DNA of 64,000 bases, taken from NCBI RefSeq assembly GCF_009914755.1, contig NC_060942.1; one strand, 5' to 3'. Of this stretch, positions 1 through 16,344 are shown in pieces. A model generated the notes under the pieces. The model did no database searches, was not told where the DNA came from, and was given only the letters and a program-made list of their open reading frames with translations. The position numbers and the translations under genes are program-made. The DNA is from the human T2T-CHM13v2.0 reference genome, Homo sapiens. Within the stretch, counting starts at the first letter, position 1, and every line of letters starts with the position of its first letter.

Positions 1-1900
1 TAGACCTGATAAATGACATCAGGAAATGTTTCAAGATACAAAGTTAATGCAAAAAAAAAATTCAATTGCACTCCTAAACACCAACAACAAACACTAAAGC
101 TGAGAACCATATCAATAACTTAACCTCATTTATGAGAGCCGTAAGGAAATTCCTAAAAATACACGTATAGAAGAAGTGAATGACCTCTCCAAGGAAACTG
201 TTAAACACTGATGAATGAAATAACAGATTACACAAACCAATGGAAAAACATTTCATATTCATGAATAGGAAGAATCAATATTGTTAAAATGACCATACTG
301 TCCACAGCAATCTACAGAATTAATGCAAGTCCTATTAAATTAATAATGTCATATTTCATCAAATCAAAATAATTCTAAAATTTGTATGAAGCCAAAAAGT
401 CTGAGTAACCAAAGCAAGCCTAAACAAAAAGAATGAAGCTGGAGGCATCACTTTATCCCACCTCAAACTACACTACAAGGCTGGCATAACCAAAACAGCA
501 CGGAACTGGTGCAAAAATAGACACACAGCTCAAGAGAACTGGATAGAGGGCCCAGAAATAAAGCCACATATCTACAAGCAACTGATCTTAGACAAAGATG
601 ACAAAAAATAAGCAATAGGGAAAGTACACCCTATTCAATAAGTGGTGCTGTGAATACTGGCTAGCCATATGCAGAAGAAGGAAACTGGACCCCTATCTCT
701 TACCATATACAACAATTAACTCAAGATGGATGCAGACTGAAAGCTAAGACCCCAAGCTGTAAAAATCCTAGAAGAAAACCTAGACAAACTCTCCTGGACA
801 CTGGCCAAGGCAAATAATTTATGATTAAGACCTCAAAAGCGAATGCATTGTAAACTATAATTGACAAATAGAACCTAATTAAACTTAAGAGCTTCTGCAC
901 AGCAAAAGAAACAATCAACAGAGTAACCAGACATCCTACAGAATGTAAGAAAAATTTGTAAAGTATGCATGTGACAAAAGACTAATATCTAGAATCTGTA
1001 AGGAACTTAAGCCAAGAAGAATAAACAACCCCATTAAAATGTGGAGAAAGGACATGAGCAGACACTTCTCTAAAGAAAACATACAAGCAGTCAACAAACA
1101 TATGAAAAAATGTTCAACATCACTAATAATCAGAGAAATGATAATTAAAATCCCATTGAGATACCATCTGACACCTGTCAGAATGACTATTATTAAAAAG
1201 TAAAAAGTTGAGAGATGGTAAGGATGCAGAGAAAACAAGATGCTTATACCCTGTTGATGGGAATGTAAATTAACTCAGCCACTATGGAAAACGATATGGA
1301 GATTTCTCAAAGAACTAAAAATAGAACTACTATTCAACTCAACAGTCCCACAACTGAGTATCTATCTAAAGGAAAAGAAACCATTTTATGGAAAAGCCAC
1401 CTGTGCTGTTATAACAGCACTATTCACAATAGCAAAGTCATGGAATCAACGTGTCAATCAATAGTTGACTGAATAAAGGAAATGTTTTACATATACATAT
1501 ATATATGTGGAATACTACATAGCCATAAAAATGAATGAAATCCTGTCTTTTGCAGCAACATGGATGGAGCTGGAGGCCATTATCCCAAGTGAAAAATTCA
1601 GAAACAGAAAATAAAATACCACATGTTCTCATTTATAAGTGGGAACCAAACAAGAGGTACGTATGGACATAAAGATGGAAATAATAGACATTGGGGACTC
1701 TGAAAGAGAGGAGGGTTGGGGTGCAGGGAAGGGTTTAAATACTACTTACTGGGTTCTATGTTCACTATGGGTGAGGAGTTCACTAGAAGCCAAAATCTCA
1801 GCATTAGGCAATATATCCATGTAACAAACCTGCATATATACCCCTAAATTTAAAATTGAACTAAATTAAATTTAAATAAAATACTTTTTTCAAAAATAAA
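1..1900 (+). mobile_element. LINE-1 3' portion (L1PB-like): degenerate ORF2 C-terminal half, 3' UTR, A-rich tail
   Basis: Classic L1 ORF2 wording (GGAAGAATCAATATTGTTAAAATGACCATACTG, GAGATACCATCTGACACCTGTCAGAATG) with many stops and frameshifts. The 3' UTR ends CATGTAACAAACCTGCA...CCCCTAAAT plus an A-rich tail. Continues off the left edge. Confidence 0.9.
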
Positions 1901-2604
1901 AAGGACATGAAATTAATACCAGAAGTTATCTCCCTCATGACTCTATTATCGAGTCTAATTTTGACATGAATATCTCTACACACATTTGTTATCACTAGTC
2001 TCACTCTGGGCATGCAGAAAAGCAAAAAAGAATTGACTCTGTGCAGCTGTTATTTATTTCTGAGGCTAGTACAAATTTAACAAGGTGCCAAAGGTCTTCT
2101 ACTTCCAATTAGCACCAGAACTAAAGTATCTGAATACTTATTTACCTGAAGGACCTCACCAATTAAGACATATTTATGTAAAAGAAAAAAAAACAGATGT
2201 AACTAAGTTTATCCAAATGAATCTTTTATTTTGAATTCCAGAATATCATCGTACCAGTGCACAAGTTATCCTGTCTTCAGTATATATCTATACACATGTA
2301 TATTTATTTATGTATTGCCTAAGGGGAATGTTATGTATCTTTCTCCACTGAATAAATGCATATTTAGCTGTGTTTATAGAAGAATAGAAGAACATTTGGG
2401 CACAAAAAAGAGGGTATTCAAGGGCAAGTGTGTCTCTCTGACCTGAGATTTACAGCCTCCCCTTGATGTGGAGACAGTTATGCATATAAATCTTTGTGCA
2501 CTGAGAAGTGAATCTATTCCCTATGCTCTGTGTTAGGTGCGGGGAAAGAGAGCACAGCAAGAACAGATGTGGCCATTCGCTCAGTTACCCAGTGAAAACA
2601 AGTA

Positions 2605-2618
2605 ATTGCCATGGCAAC
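2605..2618. promoter_or_regulatory. RFX X-box-like palindrome ATTGCCATGGCAAC
   Basis: 13/14 match to the palindromic X-box GTTGCCATGGCAAC in non-repeat sequence. TGTGGGAAA (RBPJ-like) lies at 2631-2639. Motif only. Confidence 0.45.
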
Positions 2619-2762
2619 TAGAAAATATCATGTGGGAAACGGACCGACCTCTAAAATTCAGAGTGCTTTATGCTATAGGAATTGCATCTGTATACTCGCT
2701 TGTGAAGTAGATTTCCTTCCTATGTGAGAGTACTACAGTGTTATGACAATTATAATTTTTTT

Positions 2763-3584
2763 TATTATTATACTTTAAGTTTTAGGGTACATGTGCACAA
2801 CGTGCAGGTTTGTTACATATGTATACATCTGCCATGTTGGTGTGCTGCACCCATTAACTTCGTCATTTAGCATTAGGTATATCTCGTAATGCTATCCCTC
2901 CCCCCACCCCACAACAGTCCCCGGTGTGTGATGTTGCCCTTCCTGTGTCTATGTGTTCTCATTGTTCAATTCCCCCCTATGAGTGAGAACATGCAGTGTT
3001 TCGTTTTTTGTCCTTGCGATAGTTTGCTGAGAATGGTAGTTTCCAGCTTCATCCATGTCCCTACAAAGGACATGAACTCATCATTTTTTATGGCTGCATA
3101 GTATTCCATGGTGTATATGTGCCACATTTTCTTAATCCAGTCTATCATTGTTGGACATTTGGCTTGGTTCCAGGTCTTTGCCATTGTGAATAGTGCCGCA
3201 ATAAACATACCTGTGCATGTGTCTTTATAGCAGCATGATTTATAATCCTTTGGGTATATACCCAGTAATAGGATGGCTGGGTCAAATGGTATTTCTAGTT
3301 CTAGATCCCTGAGGAATCGCCACACTGGCTTCCACAATGGTTGAACTAGTTTACAGTCCCACCAACAGTGTAAAAGTGTTCCTATTTCTCCGCATCCTCT
3401 CCAGCACCTGTTGTTTCCTGACTTTTTAATGATCGCCATTCTAACTTGTGTGAGATGGTATCTCATTGTGGTTTTGATTTGCATGTCTCTGATGGCCAGT
3501 GATGATGAGCATTTTTTCATGTGTCTTTTGGCTGCATAAATGTCTTCTTTTGAGAAGTGTCTGTTCATATCCTTCACCCACTAC
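2763..3584 (-). mobile_element. 5'-truncated young primate L1 (L1PA3-L1PA5-like), about 0.82 kb
   Basis: Near-consensus L1PA 3' end (TTATTATTATACTTTAAGTTTTAGGGTACATGTGCACAACGTGCAGG). Flanked by the direct repeat AGTACTACAGTGTTATGACAATTATAATTTTTTT at 2729-2762 and 3585-3618. Confidence 0.95.
2966..3577 (-). pseudogene. L1 ORF2p C-terminal fragment (Cys-rich domain to natural stop), promoterless
   Basis: The 203-aa ORF ...[25 protein letters not shown]...LIGGN* is the recognisable ORF2p C-terminus. It lacks the endonuclease and RT domains. Confidence 0.9.
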
Positions 3585-4534
3585 AGTACTACAGTGTTAT
3601 GACAATTATAATTTTTTTCTTTCTCCTTCCAATACCCTGTAGTTTTACTTGGATCACTAATCGAACAAACTAGACAGAAGGCATAGTCCTTGATGTTAGA
3701 ACTAGAAAACCTACTATTAGAAGATATAAATAAATGGTGAACTGCCACAGAAAGATGAAAGGACTCCTACTTTCAAACAGCTCAGGGAATAAAAAGCTCA
3801 GGTTATGTGTGAGAGCATTTCAGCTGCCCTTCAAAATAGCTGTACACTGACCCAAAGCTGTATTCTTAGCCATATGTATTTAATCCCCATATCAACCACA
3901 GGCTCTTTCTGTAGAAAAAGTAACAAAACTGAATGAATACATGGATTGTTGTTCCTAATGGATGTGTATCTATAATATAGATATAATAAAGGAAAAAGTA
4001 AGTAATTAAGCATTTACAAATTTTAGTAATTTTCCAGCTACAGGAATTTGTTGTAAGCATATAATTCAAACAAGATAATTACGGTGTAATTATTCCATGG
4101 TTAACATTCTCCCTAATATGAAAAACATCCAAAAATTAACTTTCGTGTATGGAAACCTGGGATTTGTTCAGCCTTTACTAGAGAATTTCTCTGAATGTGG
4201 GAACAGTTTGCTAGGAGCTGAAATTGGTAGATTCATTTCCGTTTGGTTTCCCTGCCACCTGCAGAGTGGAGCCCACAGGAAAAGCAGCATGTGTGGTTAA
4301 TGTGCACACTTGCCCTTCTCCTTAACTCACTGGTTTAGAGAACCTAAGTTAATTGATGTTCTTACCTTCTCCCAATCATGAAGAAAGCTGGTATTACCTA
4401 AAAATCTGAGTACTGAGTCCATTGTCACTCTCCTGGAAGGAAAGGAAATAGGCCATTTAGGAATAACACTAACTTTAAATCTGAAAAGTGAAAACATCCA
4501 TTTGTTCTTAGAGATACTTAGATTGTGGCTCAAT

Positions 4535-4695
4535 AGAAAGTGCTCTGAACTAGGAATAAATAGAGATCGATTCTAGCTGCACGTTCCCCATGATCAGTGG
4601 CCTTTAGTCCCAGCATTTCCTGGACTTTATTTCCACTGCGTGTAAAGGGAGGAAGAGGCTATCTCTAAGGGCCTTTTCTGCCCTAGGATGTAGAA
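4535..4695. mobile_element. MIR/MIR3-like fragment
   Basis: Degenerate MIR core and end (...GTAAAGGGAGG...ATCTCTAAGGGCCTTTTCTGCCCTAGGATG). Confidence 0.45.
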
Positions 4696-4969
4696 ACTTT
4701 GTAAAACTAGTCTTTAATCAGTAACATATAGTTCTATGTCCCTTATGAATTCAAAGCCTACTAATGTTATTTACCAAAGAAGCATAATAATAATTATAAT
4801 GTATTCTCAATAAGGACATTGTTTGAAACACATTTTAGCTAAAAATTAAAATATTACTTCTCAACCTGAATGTCAAGTTGGAATTATATGGCAAGAAGAA
4901 GTGGAACAAGAATTATTATTATACTTTCATGGTCAATCAGAACAAACATTATAGTCTAAATTCATAATA

Positions 4970-6414
<1,445 letters not shown>

Positions 6415-8304
6415 CTATTATTTTCTGGTCATGCAAGTGACAGGATAAACTAAAATAAACAAACTGTCTCTTATTTCATTTAATGTGGCACAGAACTTCC
6501 TTCAACCAAATTGGTGAGAATTAAGTGTAATCTGGGGATACAAAATCTAAAGAATGCCAAGAAACTGTTTTAGAGTTCTCAGCTACACTGACATGGGAGA
6601 GGAGCTGTAGCATAATCTTCCACGTATTTGCACATTAGATGAATACCTCAGAACTGAAGGAACAAAGAATTAGTGATATGATAAATAAGTATTTCATATT
6701 TTTACAGCATTTCAAACTTAGGGACTGATAGTTTAGGACACTGGTTTGTTTAACGTAATTGGAAAACTTCAAGTTAAGAACATTTAGAAGCATTGCATAT
6801 CACCAATGAGTGAGATTGCAGCTTTTACTGGCAGACTTTAATATGTATCAGCCCAGTCCTTTTTGTAATTACTCAGCCAAAGGAAGAGTGAAGTTGAATT
6901 CTGTGAACTTATTAAAGTATGGCACTAAAGAATCTCCAGGGATATGTGACATTTCCATTGTCTAAGAGAAGATAAAGAGAAATATTGTGATCTTGTTCAA
7001 GGCATTGGGGTATTAGAGCAGCACTGCAAGTTTATAGTATTTCCTAGATGCTAAGCCCTTCAAAATAATCTGAATGCTGTCTGTTAGAAAAGCAAGAGGA
7101 AAAAAACAGAGTCTGCACTTTGTAAAGAATGATAAGGAATGGGTAGGGCTCATTAGAGGATGGTTTTAAAGCTTTCTGGCTTTGAGAGCATACCTTCAAA
7201 AAGTAATAAACCATTGAGCAAGGAAAATGGGGGCAGGGGAAGCCTAGCAGATCAAGATCTTGGGCAAGATTTTTATTTTCCGGTTCATCTGAAACCACAA
7301 CCAATAATCTCATTATTGTTAATACTGTTGTATCTCTGAACAGGATTAGTACATTTAACAATAAATATACTTATCTATGACAGAGCCTGTTTTCAAGTGT
7401 GAATCTTAAAAGAGTAAACATAAGGTTTCCTTAATTGAAACCAGCCGGTACATAACAAAGGAATCAGGATAAAATTAGGAGAAAGAAAAGTGGTAGAGTT
7501 AGAACAAAAGAGGGGGTGAGAAGTAAAAATTAAGCTGGGAAAGAATAGAAAGAAGTGGTTTGGGAAAGAGTCCAAGCGGGAAAAAAAGAAGCAGAAGTAT
7601 AGTATCTAGGGAAATACAAAGGAGAAGAGGCCAAGTAAACCTGAATTTTGCCTGACTTTATAAGTGAGTAGGAAAACTGGGTTCTCTCTAATGGATACAG
7701 CTAATATTCAGGAGGAGCCCAATTCAGTCAATCACACATGCATCAAAGTAATTGCTTCCAAATTCATCCCTGAATAGCTGGGAGCTAGCAAGTTATACCA
7801 CATACTAAAGGAGGGGAAAGAAAGGATTTCTCTGTTCATCTGAGGACCAAAAATTTAGCTTAAAGAGACTCCTCACATAAAAGTGTTAGACCAGGGACTC
7901 AAGCAGAAATTTCTGGAAGGGTTCCCTCGGGCTTTATTAGCTAAAAATTAAACACCTCTCTAACATCCTTGGAATTCATATCTACTTGCGCTGTGTTTAA
8001 AGTGGGAATTATCTGAGGGTAAAGTGGCTTGAAAGCCTTTGCACATTCGGGTAACTTTTTCTCAATGGAATGAGTTTACCCCAGAAGTACTCAATCATGG
8101 AAGTTAACAGCTAAAAGGTTGATAGCAATTAAGATTTTGATTAATACAGACGAAAAAAATGAGAAAAAATAATTCAGATAAGGAAAGAACACCAAGAAAA
8201 ATGCCTATAGCGCTTTCTGAAATTTGATTCAATAAATCAATGGAGGAGAAAACAGAATAAAAGTACTTCCACTTTAATGATGATTGTTCTAAGAAGGCAA
8301 TTTT

Positions 8305-8490
8305 TAAAAACCTGGACCTGTAACCAATGTCACCTGAAAAGCTTATTAAAATACAGAGTCCTGGGCCCCACTGCTAGATTAAGGTATCGTAGGTCACAGA
8401 GTAGGTGGGTATGAGGTTGGGTCAGAGAATCTGTTTCCATGGGCTGCTATTTGGTTCCAGGACCTCACTTTGAAAATCATTGATCTATGA
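8305..8490. mobile_element. MER5-type hAT-Charlie MITE fragment
   Basis: CACCTGAAAAGCTTATTAAAATACAGAGTCCTGGGCCCCAC...GGACCTCACTTTGAAAATCATTG resembles MER5A/B. Confidence 0.6.
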
Positions 8491-11400
8491 GATAACACAT
8501 TGTTAAGCACTGTTAATTTTGTAATGAAAATTCTAAAAGTTTTACCTAGATATTTTAACAGAATTTTGGTTCTTCCCTGTTCCCAGTCTTATACGTTTTG
8601 GTGGTGGTGGTACAAGAACTCAGGCAGACACCTAGGCAGTAAGGTCTACAACATCGGAAGAGAATAATAGTTTCTTCTCATTGAAAAATATATCCCAATA
8701 TGTCAATGCAAAACAACCTGCAGAGGTTGAGGACTGCATATTCTCTTAGAGCAGATTTATTCGCCAGACCCTACAGTAGGGCCCTCACCAGAAAACTATT
8801 AGTAATTGCCAGGGCTTATCATCACTCATGACCATCCATGTACATAGCAGGAGAGTTAGATTTAAGGAGGACTTATGAATTTAAGGAGAAAAGTTCCAGC
8901 TTACAGTTAGAGTTATAATTTTAGAAATAATGTACCAGATTGCTCCAATGTTAGTTTTAGTAAAACATGTTGGAAATAGAAACTCCAGAGAAAAATCTAA
9001 ATTAATCTTTATTCCAACCACATAATTTATTGCTCTATGTGGAGATAAAGGACAAGAAATATGGAACCTCAGAAATGGTTATTTAGAGTTGATTTAATGA
9101 AGTGCATTAGGAAGTTAAGTAAGTGGCTTGTTTCATTAAATGAGACACGGAAGAAAATAAACACAATAAATACTGTAAGGTGTAGGTAATTCTAATGTTT
9201 ACAAAGTATTTTGAAATCCTTCAAATGAAAATGCAAACTTCTGTCATTAATCACTTTATTCTAGCTTATCTCCCTGAATATTAGATTGGTAAATTTATTT
9301 TATGTGTTGTTATTGTTGTCCAGGATGATTTTACTAATTTATTTAAACTGTATAATAATAGTATATGGATGTGGCTATGCAAACTTAATAATAGATATGT
9401 CCAAATAGTATCCTAAAGTAGAAAAAGCTGCAATGCTTGAAAGATTTCAAAATACTTTGTAAACAATAGAATTACCTACACCTTACAGTATTTATTGTGT
9501 TTACTTTCTTCCAACCTGTCTCCTTTAATGAAATAAGCCACTTACTTAACTTCCTAGTGCACTTCATTAAATCAACTCTAAAATGTCTTGTTAGAGGTAA
9601 TTTAGCCAAGAAAAATAGCTCAATATTGTATTCATTAACATCCGTTTAGTGAAAGAGACTGTGGTGGATTTACCTATAGACTTATCCAGAACACACAGTA
9701 GAACTGCAAAGACAAAGCAATACATTGATTAGGGGATGAGGCAAAGAAACTTGCTTTTAAAACCTGAATTACCTAGCTAATTAGCGTAAAATCAAGTTGT
9801 GGATATGACTTTTGCAATCAAATGATTTTCAGTTCAATTTGGCAAAAGACAATTTTGCCCAAGGCCCAGTATTTTGAATTTATAGCTACACTCGAATGTA
9901 ATTTAAATAAGGGAAGTGTATGTTTTCTTTAAAATTACACATGGATGATTCTTATATGAAAGACATGGTTATGATTATGACAAGGAAGTGTCAGAAATAA
10001 ACTGAATAATGACTCTAATACTTCTATTCAAGACAGTCACTATGAAGCCATCTATAGTTCTTTACATATTAGGAATACTAGCCCTTTAGCTGTGCTATAA
10101 ATTGTAATTTTTTTCTCCAGTTTTTCATTTGTCTTTAGATGTGCTTTGCTGTGCCTTTGCCATGCAAAAGTGTTGCATTTTTTTAATATAGTAGAATTTA
10201 CCAACTTTTAAATATTACACCTGAATTTTGAGTCATCATTAAAAAGCCTTTTCAACATCCTGGTTATTGAGAAACTTACAAGTGTGTCCTTTTACTAACT
10301 GTATGTAGTTTCTAAATGCAGGTCACTAATTCATTTGGAAATTTATTTTCCTCATGTATAGTGTGAGACATGAATCTTAATCTTTTTCAAAATTGTTAAC
10401 CATCTATCTCAGCACCATTTATTAAAAAGCCTATTTTAACCTAGTGATTTCTTATGACATTATTATGCACTTAATTTTTACATGTACATTGGTCTGTTTC
10501 TGAAAAACCTATTCTGTACAGGTCTTTCTATTTATGGGCCAATACTATATTGCTTTTGTTAGAGAGAGTATTGATTTATTTAATATTTTGTGAGGCTAGT
10601 CCCCTATAGTTTCTCTTTTTCATTGTTTTTCTTGCTACTCTTGCATGATTATTTTTCCACATTAAATTTTGTATCAAGTTTTCTGGCTTTATATGACTAG
10701 TTCATTGATACTTTATTGAATTGTGTAAAATTTACAAATTACTTGGAGGATAACTGACATCTTTATGATATTGACTTGTTAAAGAATGTGTACAAACCTA
10801 CATTTATGACTTTTAGGACTAGACTTTTCTTCTTATAGGTTTTGCTCATTTCCTGTTAAATTGATTTCTAATGATCTCTTTTTCTGCAGCGATTGAAAAC
10901 AGTTTTCTCTATCATTTTATTTTCTAATTGGCTATTTATGTAGATGAAGCTTATTGATTTTTGTATATCATTTGTATGTCCCGCTACTTGACTTATTTTT
11001 ATTGGTTAGCAATATCATTGATTCTCTTAGGTTTTCTAGGTGTACTATACTAGCTTCCTCTAATAGAGAATTGTTTACTTTCTCTTTTCTAATTCATATG
11101 CTTCTAATTGATTTATTTAACTAACTTGGGCAATACCTCTAGTACAGTGTTAAAAAAATAGAGGGGGAATTGGGAATATTTGCCTTATTTCTTGTTTACA
11201 GATATATGTGTGGGTGGGCGTAAGTAGGGAGAGAGAATCAATCTTGCATTCCTGAAATAAATACCACTTAAATGTGGTTCTATAGTATATCTTTACTGAT
11301 TTTTTTAATGAGTTTGCAGCTTTATTTCTTGTCCTATCTTTATTTGGTTTACTTCCTGATGTTAAAGTAACTTCAAAAGTAAAAGTTGGGGCATTTTTCG

Positions 11401-12549
11401 TCATTTACTCTGCTAGATACATTTTACACTATATTGTGATTATCTGTTCTTTGGAGATTTGGTAGATTTCCTCTGGGAAACTAACTGAGCCTGGTGCTTA
11501 ATTGTAGAGTAGTTCCTTAATAGCTTTTTCTATTTCTTCTACAGAAATTGGTTTGGTTAAATTTCCTAACTCTAATGGGGCCAATTTTGGTAACAATCAT
11601 TTTTAAATGATTTATTAATTTCATCTAGGCTTTCAAATCTATTTGCATATGGATTTGCAAAGTGGCCTTTTTCAATATTTTACAAAATAATTTGTGTCAT
11701 TTATTACTTTGTATGTCTGTGTTTTCTCCATTGTCTTTATTAAATTAGCTAGACATTTGAATATTTTGCTGTTTTTCAAACAACATTTTTTATTTATTAT
11801 TTAGAGCTATCAATTTTCTGGGCTTAACTCAATAATTTCTGCTTTTATATTTATTATTTCCTTCTTAATATGGTATTTTGGTTTACTTTGCTGTTGATTT
11901 TCTAGTTCATCTTTAATTGGAAATTTAATGCCCTTATTTTTAACCTTCCTTTTTTATTTTTATATGATCTGTAGCTACATTTTTACTATTTCCCATGAGG
12001 CCTGCTATGTAGTAGGTGAATTTTCACTATTTAAAAAAAATTGATAATATTTGTTTTTATTTCCCCTTTCACTCAAAAGTTGTTTAATAGAAGGTTTTTA
12101 AATTTCCAGAAGAGAAAGTTTTCTGTTTCCATCTTTTGTTTTCAAAGGTGGTTGCTCTGTTATTTGAAGCATAAATATTCATTACCAGTTATATTTATGT
12201 TATAAAATAGGACCTTTACAAGTAAAGTATTTCCTCTTTTTTCATGGCTTAATGCTTTTTAATTTAAATTCTATTTTGATATCAGAATTGCAAACTCTGC
12301 TTTTATCATGTTTTATTTGTCTAATACATTTTTGATTTATTTATAGCTTTTCTGCATCATTCTGTTTTTGGATTGTCTCTGTATACAGGAAGAGTTAGTT
12401 CTTGCTTTATGCGGTAAAAATTTCATTCACTTATTTGTAGAAACATAAATGTGATCTATTGATTGCATTGTTATGCTTAGTCACTAGCTTTGCCATTTTA
12501 TCTTATAACTGCATGTATTGTGTTATATTTCCTGTTTGTTTTTATGTGA

Positions 12550-12999
<450 letters not shown>

Positions 13000-13491
13000 T
13001 AATTCTTACATATTGTCTACGTAAAAATTAACAAGTCTTATGTTATTTCTTTCTCTCTTCCTTCTCCTATTTTTTAGTTTTCTTTTATCTGTTTTGTCAA
13101 AACATATGCCCCTTTATACATTATTCTTCTGTTCATGTCCTCACCTTTGTTTTAGTATTTATTTACAACTATCTATGTTAAATGCTCATCGTTAGACTTC
13201 TTCTCAAGTTTTTCCAGTTAACTCTTAGACAATTTTGTAAATGGTGTGAGGTTTCAATCAAGGCTCATTCTTTGGCCTCTGGGTATCCCATTGCTCCAGA
13301 ACCATTTGTTGAAAAGACCTTTGCCTTTCTATGTAAATTTTGGAATAATTTGTGTATGTCTACAGTTTTTTTTTTTAATCTTTTTCATGCCTTCCTTCCT
13401 GGGGCTATGTGAACATTTTTTGTTTTGGGATTTCATTTTGATTTATCTACAGTGTTTTAAGTGTCTTTCTGCATACTTTTTTAGTGGTTGC

Positions 13492-15077
13492 TCTAGGCGT
13501 AAAATTATATATACATAGCTTATCACAGTCTTCTAGTGTTGAAATTTTATCAGTTTAAGAGAAGTGTAGAAACCATACTTTACGTCCCTTTACCCTCCCC
13601 TATTTATAACAAATTGTTTCAAATAATATATCTATTATCTCTGTAGATAGTAGAGCATTATTGAGAATCACCATAAACAGTGTTATAATTTTTGTTTGAG
13701 ATGTAAAATAATTTAGAAAACTCGAGAGAGGGAAAGTTTATTGTATTTATCCATCTTTTTAATTACTGTATTATCTCTTCCTTCCTAATCTTTAAAAATT
13801 TCTTCTTTTATCATTTGATTTCTGTTTAGAGAACTTTCTTTAGCCATTCATTTAGGGTAAGTCTGTCTGCAACAAATTCTCTTCATTTACTTTGGCTGAG
13901 AATGTCTTTATTCTTACGGATTTTTGCCGGATATAAAATTCTGAGTTGACTGTTCTTTTCATTCAGCACTTAAAAATGTGTGTCACTTCCCTCTGTCCTC
14001 CATAGCTCTGGATGAGAAATTTGCTGTTCATTCAAATTCGTGTTCCTGTGTAAGTCATGTATCAGTTTCTTGATACTTCCAAGAGTTTTTTCTTTGTATT
14101 TTGTTTTCATAAATTTAACTATTGATGTGCTTTAACATGGATTTATTTGAGTTTGAGGTTCACACACCTTCTTCAATCTGCAGACTTTCTTTTTCTTTTG
14201 CCAATTTGGGAAGTTTTCAGTCATCATTTCTTCAAATAATTTCTCAAGTCCATTCTTTTTCTTCTGTCCTTCTGGAATGCCAACACTGAAGGTTATGGCT
14301 TTTGTTAAAGTCTTACATACCCTGAGTCCCCGTTCAGCTCTTGTTAGTCTATTTTCTCTTTCTTGTTCTGATTGTGATTTCTATTGTTCTATTTTCAAGT
14401 TCACTGTTTCTTGTCTGTTTTCTCCATTCTGCTATTGAACCTATCCATTTAATTTTTAATGTTAGTTATTGTATATTTTAGTTCTAACATTTCCTTTAGG
14501 TTCTTATTCATATCTTCTATGTCTTGCTGAGACTTCCCATTTTTTCATTTGTTCCAAGCATGTTTACAATCGATTGTTGAAGCATTTTTTGCGAGGACTG
14601 CTTTAAAATCTTTGGCAGATAATTCCAACATCTGTGCCATCTCAGTGTTGGCATCTGTTGATTACATTTTCGTATGTAAGTAAAGATGTTCTTGTTCTTG
14701 GGTATGATAACTTTTGATGAATACCCAACATTTTTATGTTATTCTATGAGACTCTGGTTCTTATTTAAATCCTGTGTTTTAGCAACACTTTGACCCACCT
14801 CTCCTGTGGGGTAAAGGTTGACTCTGCCTCCTTACTGCCAAATGAGGTGGAAGTCTAGGCATAGTCTCAGCTATAAACACAGCATAAACACTGCTTACAG
14901 TGGCTCTCAATAACTCTCTACTATATACAGAGATAATAGATATTATTTAAAACAATTTATTATAAATGGGGGAGGGTAAAGGGATGTAAAATATGGTTTC
15001 TACACTTTACTTGAACTGATAAAATTTCAACACTAGAAAACTGTGGTAAGCTATGTATATATAATGTTATGCCTAGA
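13492..15077. repeat. Inverted repeat pair, about 190-bp arms (13492-13684 and 14887-15077), about 89% identical
   Basis: Manual alignment of 13492-13684 to the reverse complement of 14887-15077 gives 20 substitutions and one 2-nt indel. Confidence 0.9.
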
Positions 15078-15482
15078 CTCAGATTCCTATAACACCTGGG
15101 TGGATGAGAGGAGGGTACTCCTTGTTACTAATGCATGGGCTGGAAGTTCAGGCCCCCCATGTGACCTCCATCATGAGGATTTGGATATTATACCCAAGCC
15201 CTAGTAAAAGCCTAAGCTCTTCCTTAGGCCTACTCCAACACCACACCAGTAGGGAAAAGAAAGGATGCCTTGTTACCACCAGTTGAAGGTGAGGGTACAG
15301 GCTCCCCATGTGGTCTCTACTGACACTGCAGGGATAGGGGAACCTTCTCAACACCTGGCATGGATGAAAGTCTCAGGCCCCAATTAGCTTTTTCTGATAC
15401 AACCCTGGCATAAGGGTTTGGGAGGCGTAGGAATAAGAGGTCTTGGGGCACCTCATCATATTCAGGTAAGAATAGACATCCA

Positions 15483-15984
<502 letters not shown>

Positions 15985-16344
15985 TTAATACCCTGTCTAG
16001 GATATATGAGACAAAAACCAAAATACAAAATCCAGGGAACTCATTTATGTACTGTCCCTTGGGTCCCCAAATTCTCAAGCCAATTTACTTCTTCCTTTTC
16101 ACCTTTCAACATTTTTATATTTTTGTGTATATAAGATGTCCAGGATTTTTAACTGTACTTATCAGCAGGAATAGGAAAGTACATCTAACCCATTCTGTCT
16201 TCCCTGAATGCGCAGTCTCCAGAACTATCCTCTTTATTGCATGAATAAGATCAGTGTAAGCCTAGATAGTTTTCAAAATATAAACATTTGAGATTAGATA
16301 TATTTGTTCTTTCATTCATAGAATACTGAGGCTTTAAAAATAAT

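Noticed and set aside
2966-3577. 203-aa ORF as a host gene
   Set aside because: It is the L1 ORF2p C-terminus within a truncated, promoterless L1.
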